Below are positions 8,688 to 16,250 of a DNA stretch of 17,870 nt, piece by piece. The first letter of the stretch is position 1; each line of letters starts with the position of its first letter. The position numbers and the translations under genes are program-made. The DNA is from an uncultured archaeon (lineage in GTDB: Archaea > Asgardarchaeota > Lokiarchaeia > Sigyniarchaeales > SOKP01), in assembly GCA_964525635.1 (NCBI GenBank), contig CAZGJX010000057.1, forward strand, positions 1-17,870, read 5' to 3'. The notes under the pieces were generated by a model. It did not search any database and had not been told where the DNA came from. It saw only the letters and a list, made by a program, of their open reading frames with translations.

Positions 8688-9239
8688 ATGGAAAAAAATA
8701 AAGCAATAATTCTTGATAGAGATGGCACTTTAAATGAAGATCAAGGTTATGCACATAAAGTTAGAGAATTTAAATTTTTATCGGGAGTTATAGAAGGTTT
8801 AAAACTTCTTAAAAGTGATTTCTTGTTTTTCATAATTAGTAATCAATCTGGAATTGGAAAAGGATTTTACACTATAGAAGATTTTTGGAAATTCAACGAC
8901 TATCTAACTACAAATCTTAAAAACAATAATATTAAAATTATAAAAACTTATTTTTGTCCTCATAAAATCGAAGATAAGTGTATTTGTAGGAAACCAAATA
9001 TAAAATATATAAACGATATTGTTTCGGAATACAATATCGATTTAAAAAATTCTTGGGTAATAGGAGATCATCCTTCAGATGTTCAACTTGGGATTAATGC
9101 AGGTTCTAAGACAGTATATATGCTTACAGGACATGGAAAAGAACATCAAGGAGATTTAAAAAAAAAGCGGATATTTCCAACCTTTATAGCTGAAGACTTT
9201 TTAACAGCAGCTAAGTATATCATATCTAATAAACAATAA
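8688..9239 (+). CDS. gmhB: HAD-IIIA phosphatase, GmhB/HisB-N family
   Basis: LDRDGTLN, SNQSGIG, CPH...CICRKP zinc site, VIGD motif. Substrate assignment is by family only. Confidence 0.85.
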   Translation: MEKNKAIILDRDGTLNEDQGYAHKVREFKFLSGVIEGLKLLKSDFLFFIISNQSGIGKGFYTIEDFWKFNDYLTTNLKNNNIKIIKTYFCPHKIEDKCICRKPNIKYINDIVSEYNIDLKNSWVIGDHPSDVQLGINAGSKTVYMLTGHGKEHQGDLKKKRIFPTFIAEDFLTAAKYIISNKQ

Positions 9240-9254
9240 TCATTCTAAAAAACC

Positions 9255-9902
9255 TTAGCTTTTATTCTTTTTACCCTTAATTGTAATCCAACTCTTATCT
9301 TCTTCTTCATAGATTTCAATTTCAGAATATCCTGCTATTTTGATAAAAGATTTAAATTCTTCAGGAGAATAAATTTTAAAATTCACTAATTTTGCCCATT
9401 TTTCATTTCTTTTTCTTAAATATTCATTTTGACATTTATAAGCTTCATTAACTAGAATTAACATTCCATTTGGTTTTATCACTCTATAAATCTCCTTTAG
9501 ATCATTTATTAAATCTGACCAAAAATAATAAGCTTCAAAAGCAGTGACTAAATCAAATGTATCATCTTCAAATGGTAATTTCGATACTGAAGCATGTTTT
9601 ATAACAATATTTCCCTTTTCTATTAAATCTCTATTAACTTTTTTCGCAATTTTTATGGATGTTTTTGAATAATCAATTCCAAAGACCTTTCCTTTTGTAG
9701 CAATTTTAGCTAAATTTTTTATATTACCTCCACCACCACATCCAATATCTAAGATTATATCATTATTACTAATCTCTATATGATTTATTCCCCAATTGGC
9801 TAATTTTGCATGACTTCCTCTATTCATCCCTTTAACAATTAATTTTCCAAAAAATCCTTCTGGTTTACGAACTTGTTTTATAAAAATTTTTGTAATTCCC
9901 AT
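9255..9902 (-). CDS. Class I SAM-dependent methyltransferase
   Basis: ILDIGCGGG motif I, GIDYS, LPFEDDTFDLV, RVIKPNG. Confidence 0.92.
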   Translation of the reverse strand: MGITKIFIKQVRKPEGFFGKLIVKGMNRGSHAKLANWGINHIEISNNDIILDIGCGGGGNIKNLAKIATKGKVFGIDYSKTSIKIAKKVNRDLIEKGNIVIKHASVSKLPFEDDTFDLVTAFEAYYFWSDLINDLKEIYRVIKPNGMLILVNEAYKCQNEYLRKRNEKWAKLVNFKIYSPEEFKSFIKIAGYSEIEIYEEEDKSWITIKGKKNKS

Positions 9903-10173
9903 ATAAAATAAGTCTTTATATTATTATATTTAGTTACAACTAATTTAAATTAATTTATTATATTAATAAATGAATTATTATAATAAAAGGATTATGAAAT
10001 AGAAGAATTATTTGATATTAGATTAAATTACCATTTAATTTAAAAAATAATTTAGTATTAGCATTAATTTTATGAATAGTCAAAAAAAAAACCAAAAATC
10101 AATTATTTTCTTTAATATAATAAGAAATTATTATAAATACTACTATTTCTTCTTATAAAATAAATAGGTCTAA

Positions 10174-10647
10174 ATAACAGGTGTTTATCAGATATTTCTT
10201 AGAAAATTAAATAATGCTGAACTATGGGATAAAATTTAAAAATTAAGGGAATTTATAAAATCAACAGATAATTTTAAAAAAAGGAAATGTTGGCAATGTG
10301 ATAAAGAATTAAATATATATGATTTTTTAAGTGATAATATTGAATATGCAGCAAAAGAAATTTTTATATTATGGCAAACACCCCTATTGGAATTTCATTG
10401 TTGTGATTGTTTTAAAGAATTAAAGATACATGAATTAGAAAAAATAGAATTTGAATTAAAAAGTAGGAAATGTTCTTATTGCAAGAAGGAAATAGACATT
10501 TTCTATTATAGTAAATATAATAATTATTTGAAAATCTATGAATTGAGGGATATTTGGTCTAATAAAAAGATTGATATTTTCTGTAATTCAATTTGTCGAA
10601 AAGCATACAACCGAGATTTAAAAAGTAGCACAATTTTTTTAAAATAA
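10174..10647 (+). pseudogene. Cys-rich tandem putative zinc-binding protein, interrupted by an in-frame TAA at 10237-10239, apparent ATA start
   Basis: The frame of ORF 10387 extends upstream: ITGVYQIFLRKLNNAELWDKI*KLREFIK...RKCWQCDKELNIYDF...W...EFHCCDC, followed by a second module RKCSYC...W...IFCNSIC. Confidence 0.65.
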
Positions 10648-10693
10648 ATTATACAAAAAATCTATTTTAAAAAAGAGATTTGTGTATAAAGAC

Positions 10694-11935
10694 TTAATAT
10701 TCTTCATCTTTAATTTTGGATGGTATATTTTTTACTTGAGAAGCTAGTTCTTTCCCTAATAATTCTCCTTTTTTAATTTCTTCAGATGTAGGATGACCTT
10801 TAAATGATAATGGATCTAAGATATCCCACTTCATTTTTTCTGATAATGTTTCAAAATCTTTCAGTGCACCTCCACTCCATCCATAAGATCCGAAGAATGC
10901 TACTTTTTTAAACCACATATGTTTCTTTTTTAATAACTCCATTATGTATTTCATAGGAGGAAACATACCATATTCATAAGTAGGTGCTCCAATTATTAAT
11001 CCTGCTGATTTATATGCATCAGAAAGAACAAAAGAGGCATCTATATTTGGAACACGATGTACATGAATAGGAACTTCTTCTTGAGCAATACCATTTAACA
11101 CGGCACTTAACATAGTCTCCGTATTTCCATACATACTTCCCCAAATCACACAAATTTCTGGTTCAGCATATTCTTTATTATAATTAGCATACCTAATGTA
11201 TTTTTTAATTACAGTTTCAGGTTTTCCTCGCCAGATTAAACCATGTGAAGGAGCGATCATATTAATTTCTAAACCAGCTAACGCTTCAATTGCTTTTAAA
11301 ACCATTGGAGAGAATGTAGCTACAATATTAGCATAATAGCGGAGCATTTCTTCTTCCCAATATGGCTTATTAGCATCTGGAGTCTCATCATCAAAAATGG
11401 ATCCCTTATGAACTCCAAAAGAACCAAAGGCATCACTTGAAAAGAGAATTTTTGAATTTTCTTCATATGTGACCATTGTTTCAGGCCAATGCACATTTGG
11501 TATTTCTGCAAATTTAAGTTTCTTTCCTTTACCAAGATCTAATTCATCTCCAGTTTTGACTGCTCTAACATTATTCTTTATCCCAAAAAATCCATCTACA
11601 AGATCAACACCTTTTTGTGTTGTTATTATTTCCGCATTTGGTGCAAGTAATTTTAACATATATGTAAATCCCGTATGATCAGGTTCAAGGTGATTTAAGA
11701 CGATATAATCAATATCATTAAAGCTTATCGAAAGTGTTTCAAGATTATTTATAAGAGTTTGAGCAGCACCACCCCATTCACGTACTAATTCTATGAGAGC
11801 AATTTTCTCTCCTTTAACGACATATGCGTTTAAGGCAACTCCCTTTGGAATTGGCCAAATACCCTCAAACAAATCCTCTGTGTGTATATTTGCACCAATC
11901 CAATATATATCTTCTGCTAATTCTACTAATGTTAT
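10694..11935 (-). CDS. fprA: Flavodiiron protein (FprA/A-type flavoprotein; O2/NO reductase)
   Basis: NHLEPDH, HWPET, SDAFG, PSHG di-iron motifs; flavodoxin WGSMYGNT and FGSYGWSG. The conserved N-terminus (TLVELAEDIYWIGAN) extends 21 codons above the track start, to ATA at 11935. Confidence 0.95.
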   Translation of the reverse strand: MTLVELAEDIYWIGANIHTEDLFEGIWPIPKGVALNAYVVKGEKIALIELVREWGGAAQTLINNLETLSISFNDIDYIVLNHLEPDHTGFTYMLKLLAPNAEIITTQKGVDLVDGFFGIKNNVRAVKTGDELDLGKGKKLKFAEIPNVHWPETMVTYEENSKILFSSDAFGSFGVHKGSIFDDETPDANKPYWEEEMLRYYANIVATFSPMVLKAIEALAGLEINMIAPSHGLIWRGKPETVIKKYIRYANYNKEYAEPEICVIWGSMYGNTETMLSAVLNGIAQEEVPIHVHRVPNIDASFVLSDAYKSAGLIIGAPTYEYGMFPPMKYIMELLKKKHMWFKKVAFFGSYGWSGGALKDFETLSEKMKWDILDPLSFKGHPTSEEIKKGELLGKELASQVKNIPSKIKDEEY

Positions 11936-12077
11936 TTTTTGACACCTTTAATAAAAATAAGATGATACTGAATCTAATTATTCAAACTCAATTAAATATT
12001 TAGTGTCTATGAATTATTAATTTAAAAAAAAAGATTTTTATTGTTATTTTTTGGTTTTTTATTCTCTATGCATTTTA

Positions 12078-12662
12078 TTATGGAGGTAACTCGATTAATC
12101 CTATATATGCTTGAGCTACTAATAACGCATCAACAATATCAATAGTTCCACTACTATCCACATCTGCCTCTTCGGGATAAAAAGGTTGAGGATCAAGTCC
12201 AATATAATATCGAGCAATCAAAAGAGCATCAATAATATCAACAACTCCACCATGATCTACATCTCCTATTTTGAAATATATTGTAACTACAATTGAGTCA
12301 GATACACTATGGCCTTCTTGATCAGTGAATGTGATAGTTATAGTATGGCTACCTGCATTTAAAGAGCTTATATCAATTATTATAAGTACACCAGATTCCC
12401 ATGAACCAGAGGCAACTAGGATTCCATTTAGAGTAACTGCATAACTAGCGGGATCATCATCATAAGCTGTCACATATAGTTTTCCATCTACAATATCTGG
12501 AGGATCTATTCTGGGAGGATCATTTACATCTCCAGATTTTATAGAATTTGTATTTAAACTCCTATTAAAGACTAAATATAATGATGAAATAAAAAAAAAA
12601 AGACTAATCAATAGTTCAATCCTTAAGAGAGTATTGTTACTTTTACTTAGTTTTCTTATCAT
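12078..12662 (-). CDS. Membrane-anchored or secreted protein with a beta-rich (Ig-like) segment and a C-terminal type I dockerin domain
   Basis: N-terminal hydrophobic helix; two Ca-binding repeats GDVDHGGVVDIIDALLIARYYIG and ADVDSSGTIDIVDALLVAQAYIG. Confidence 0.85.
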   Translation of the reverse strand: MIRKLSKSNNTLLRIELLISLFFFISSLYLVFNRSLNTNSIKSGDVNDPPRIDPPDIVDGKLYVTAYDDDPASYAVTLNGILVASGSWESGVLIIIDISSLNAGSHTITITFTDQEGHSVSDSIVVTIYFKIGDVDHGGVVDIIDALLIARYYIGLDPQPFYPEEADVDSSGTIDIVDALLVAQAYIGLIELPP

Positions 12663-12820
12663 TATTATTCAATTAATTTATTTAAATTTGGAATTCTATT
12701 TTCTTTTTATTTTAAAAAAAAAGCTACAATTGATAATATTTCATATTTATTATAAAAAAGTGATTGGACAAAAATTGAAATAATTTATAAAAATAATCTT
12801 ATAGAATAATTAAAAATAAA

Positions 12821-13486
12821 TTACGTTTTTATCCTTCCAGACCATATTTTCCATAAACTGAAAGAAATTAGAATTAGAGATATTGGAATTAGAGCAACCA
12901 TCTCAATTAATAAATCATTGGTAATTCCTATAGATGAAGAAATTAAAGTATAATCTACTAAAGCTAAAAATAATAATGTAATACCTATAATTAAGGGCCA
13001 AATCAACCAGAATGATCTGAATTCTGAAATTTGTTCATTATTTTTTATGTAATTAGATAAAATTATAAGAATCCAGCAAAAAATTGCAAATAGGAGCCAT
13101 GCTATATCTTCTCTTGTTTTATCAAAACGAATCATTAATCCAACTTTCCATAATAAAACTAATGAAATAATTAAGCACATTATCAAGTATAAGAGGATAC
13201 GTTTCCAAACCTGCTTTCTATAAAAGAATTCTAAATCAAGAATAACAAACAACGGAATTATAAACACAATACCAACTAAATATGATTGAGAATAATCAAT
13301 TGAAGGATTTGTCTGCCAATTGGGATCTATCCACTGTGGAAACCAAAACCTAACTTTTCCTTGAATTAAAGACATAATTAAGAAATCAAAAATAATTGTA
13401 AACATGAAAATTAAGATCATCTGTAAGAATATTTTTCTAGTTTCTTTCTTTTCTATTATTTCTTTAAAATTCTTCAAATTATTCAC
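12821..13486 (-). CDS. Hypothetical integral membrane protein (about 6 TM helices)
   Basis: Six long hydrophobic stretches; starts immediately after the DUF362 gene's terminal TAG. Confidence 0.75.
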   Translation of the reverse strand: MNNLKNFKEIIEKKETRKIFLQMILIFMFTIIFDFLIMSLIQGKVRFWFPQWIDPNWQTNPSIDYSQSYLVGIVFIIPLFVILDLEFFYRKQVWKRILLYLIMCLIISLVLLWKVGLMIRFDKTREDIAWLLFAIFCWILIILSNYIKNNEQISEFRSFWLIWPLIIGITLLFLALVDYTLISSSIGITNDLLIEMVALIPISLILISFSLWKIWSGRIKT

Positions 13487-14437
13487 CTAATTAATAAATA
13501 TTTCTTTATCAAATGGGTACTTTTCAATCCTATTTTGAATATTTTTATCTATAAAAGTTCTACTCCATAAATTCGAATCTACAATTTTTCTCCAATAAAA
13601 TCTTGTTAAAAAATTTGGGAGTTTAAATTTCAATTTTTCTGGAAAATCTCCCTCTAGTACATAATCTGGATTATATATATCTTTAATTTTATCTAAGTAT
13701 TTAACTATTTAAGGTTTTAATTTTATTAATCCACAAACTAAAAGATCTAAAGCATAAGGATTATCAGATGCCAAGAGATATCCATAATGTCTAGAATAAT
13801 TACGTAATTTTTCTTTTAAATGTTGATTTATACAATCTTGAACCTCTATTCCATCTATTATAGTAAAATCTGGTTTAACAAAATGATGGAAAGCACCAAT
13901 TGCTTCCTCAACTTTCCATTTTCTATGATATTTATCATATTTGTTAAAAGCAGGATAACATCCATAGAGGTTCTTTATTGCACAAGTAATACCAAATTGA
14001 CCTAAAGCCTTAAATTTAGGTAGATTTAACAAGAAAAAATCATTATTATTTCTATCTAAGATTTTTGGTACTTTTAATTTACGATTTTTAAATAAAAAAT
14101 CAACTGTAGGTTGTTTAGAAAGATTAATAATATTTATTTTACCATTAATGCCAATCTTTTTTGCAATATTATCCACATTATGATTTTTAAATAGGTTTGA
14201 ATAATAAACATTAGATTCTATGATGTTGAGATTAGTATATCCCAGATCATTTATATATTCACAAATAGAATTAATCAACAATGGAGATGTATAATTAAGA
14301 TATTCTTGATGTACAAAAGCCATAAAATTAGGTTTGATATATATTCTCTCTTGGTCTATATACTTCTTTAGGTTAATGAAATCTAAAAATTTAAAGATTG
14401 ATTTTTTTTCTTCCTCAACCTTTTTTGAATAAATCAT
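13487..14437 (-). pseudogene. DUF362-family protein interrupted by one in-frame TAA at 13709-13711
   Basis: IKPNF, NLPKFK, AIKNLYGC, PDFTIIDG and ASDNPYALD motifs. The frame stays open for 73 codons after the TAA (IVKYLDKIKDIYNPDYVLEGDFPEKLKFKLP...) to TAG 13487-13489. Confidence 0.8.
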
Positions 14438-14546
14438 TGACCCAATTTTTTCTTTACTTATTTCACTTTTTGCAGTAATAATATTTTCTATAATTGAATT
14501 TTACATAAAAGGTTATTGAGATTTTTTCTTTTTAAAAGTTGACTCT

Positions 14547-14858
14547 TTAATTTATTAATTGTGTTTTTAAAATATCAAAACGAGAAATTTCGTCAATGAT
14601 TTCACATCCCCATGGTTTACTTGTATCAATCGAAACAAATTCACGATTGTCTTTATCTCTCCAAGATTTAATAATTTCACATGCGATGACACCATTCTGA
14701 GGAAACTCAGCATATATATCGAAATTATTAGAGGTAACTACGGGTATTTTTTCGATAAATATTTGGTTATAACCCCAAGTATCAATAAATGAACATTCAA
14801 CCCTACTAGAATAATTTAAATCATTAACAGAATGTATAATTATAACTTTAACTTTCAT
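14547..14858 (-). CDS. Hypothetical protein
   Basis: 103-aa ORF with ATG start and protein-like composition (VEC..F.EK.PVV, GVIACE, IDT.KPWG). No function recognised. Confidence 0.65.
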   Translation of the reverse strand: MKVKVIIIHSVNDLNYSSRVECSFIDTWGYNQIFIEKIPVVTSNNFDIYAEFPQNGVIACEIIKSWRDKDNREFVSIDTSKPWGCEIIDEISRFDILKTQLIN

Positions 14859-15180
14859 ATATCATCTAATTAAAGAATAAAGGAAAAATCGATTAATAAA
14901 GATCTTATATAAATCATTTGAAGATCAATAAAAAAGAAAAATGTTTTTGAGTTTAATCTATTTAGGCTATTCTTTTATTTATTGTCCTCTTGATATCTCT
15001 ATTTCGCTTCCTTTAAGTTAATGAGGATATGGAAAAAATCCTATTTTTAGAATTACGATATATCTCAATAATTCAAGACCTGATTTTCTACCTATAAATC
15101 TAAATATCAAAATTTTTATGTAAAAGTACTATTTTAATAATTTAACCAAATGATAGAAATGAAAAAGTTAGAAAATAAAC

Positions 15181-15890
15181 GATAATTTATATCAATTAAG
15201 TGAAATTTGTGAAAATAATTCATTAGAATGTGTTCTAAATAACTTTTTTACTGAAATTATGAAAGGATATATTATACCCCAAGACGCATTTAACGATAAT
15301 TCAAATCCGCGAGCTTCTGATTATAAGACTCAAGGTACTAATAAGGAACCATTGAAATTTTCAATAATAGAACCTTTTTTAAATAATTTACAAAAAGATG
15401 GAGAATTAAAAATTTATGATCATAATTTTAAACTTTCAAAAATTGCTTATAAGGTTATTAATAAATTTTGATAAAATGGATTTCCAAAATCAGGTCATGA
15501 ACAATCCTTACTTCTATTTTAATTGATGATGATAATAGTCTTGCTGTTGAAGTTCCTATTTGAAAACCATTTGAGAATAATATAAATCTTCTAGGACATA
15601 TTGATCTAATTCAATTTAAGAATGATATAGTATATGTTATTGATTATAAACTAAATGAAAATACATTTTTTACTTCTTTACCCCAAGTGGGAATATATGG
15701 TTTGATATTAAAAGAATTGTTAAGAATTCCTAAAAAAAAAATTAAATGTATTAGTTTCGATCAAAATGGAGCATAGGAATTCAAATCTAATGTTTTATTA
15801 ACAAAAGTAAAATCATTCTTAGATAAGCTTAATTTAAGTAGGAGTTCTCGATTAATAGATACGTCTTGGTATAGATACTTTAAAAAATAA
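15181..15890 (+). pseudogene. Decayed PD-(D/E)XK nuclease-family gene
   Basis: After ORF 15259-15471 come TGA TAA and a frameshift near 15505, then SLAVEVPI*KPF...LLGHIDLIQ...VIDYK...SLPQVGIYG...CISFDQNGA*EF..., ending at TAA 15888-15890. Internal stops at 15561 (TGA) and 15774 (TAG). The 5' boundary is uncertain. Confidence 0.78.
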
Positions 15891-15911
15891 AAAAAATGGG
15901 TATTATTAGAA

Positions 15912-16081
15912 TTATTCTTTCATTTTTTCGAACATGTCCTTGCTTATGTTGTAATGGGATATCCATTATTATCTACACCACATACAGGACAAAGCCAATC
16001 ATCTGGTAAATCTTCAAAAGGAGTATCTTCTTCTGCTTCATCATAAATATATCCACAAGCAGTACATTCCCATTTAGCCAT
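15912..16081 (-). CDS. Rubredoxin, split gene: exon 1 16081-15973, exon 2 15943-15912; joined product [46 protein letters not shown]
   Basis: CxxCGYxY...LPDDW.CPxCG motifs; GAGG upstream of ATG 16081. The canonical tail KDMFEK lies in another frame 29 nt downstream. Confidence 0.9.
15944..15972 (-). other. 29-nt intervening sequence with a bulge-helix-bulge motif (candidate archaeal mRNA intron)
   Basis: Insert AUAAUAAUGGAUAUCCCAUUACAACAUAA; central helix GUGU/ACAU, 3-nt bulges AGA and AAG, internal hairpin UAAUGG/CCAUUA. Confidence 0.7.
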
Positions 16082-16250
16082 ATATTTTTCCTCTTTTTTT
16101 AAATTATAAATTCTATATAACAGAGAAAATTCAAATTCTTTTAAATTATTTAAGATGATATTTAATAAAAACATTATAATAATATTAAAATCATTATAGT
16201 CCAATATTTATCTATAGAGATTTTATATATATTCTAAATAATATATGAGC

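Noticed and set aside
4400-13730. BHB introns around the other in-frame stops (4425, 7344, 10237, 13709)
   Set aside because: The proteins read through at expected domain spacing with a single-codon substitution, and no extra sequence or BHB fold was seen by eye.
11320-14005. ORFs 11320-11535, 11469-11678 and 13820-14005
   Set aside because: They overlap fprA or the DUF362 gene in alternative frames or strands and have no recognisable features.
15931-15972. Rubredoxin insert as a CRISPR repeat, dif/Xer site or transposon footprint
   Set aside because: It is a single copy with no array. The dif-like arms match only 7 of 11 positions. The ATAA direct repeat is 25 nt apart and its removal does not restore the frame. 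A footprint is not fully excluded, but the BHB explains both junctions.
16082-16204. 41-aa N-terminal extension of rubredoxin in the ORF track
   Set aside because: Low-complexity AT-rich intergenic sequence; GAGG precedes ATG 16081, which gives a normal rubredoxin start.
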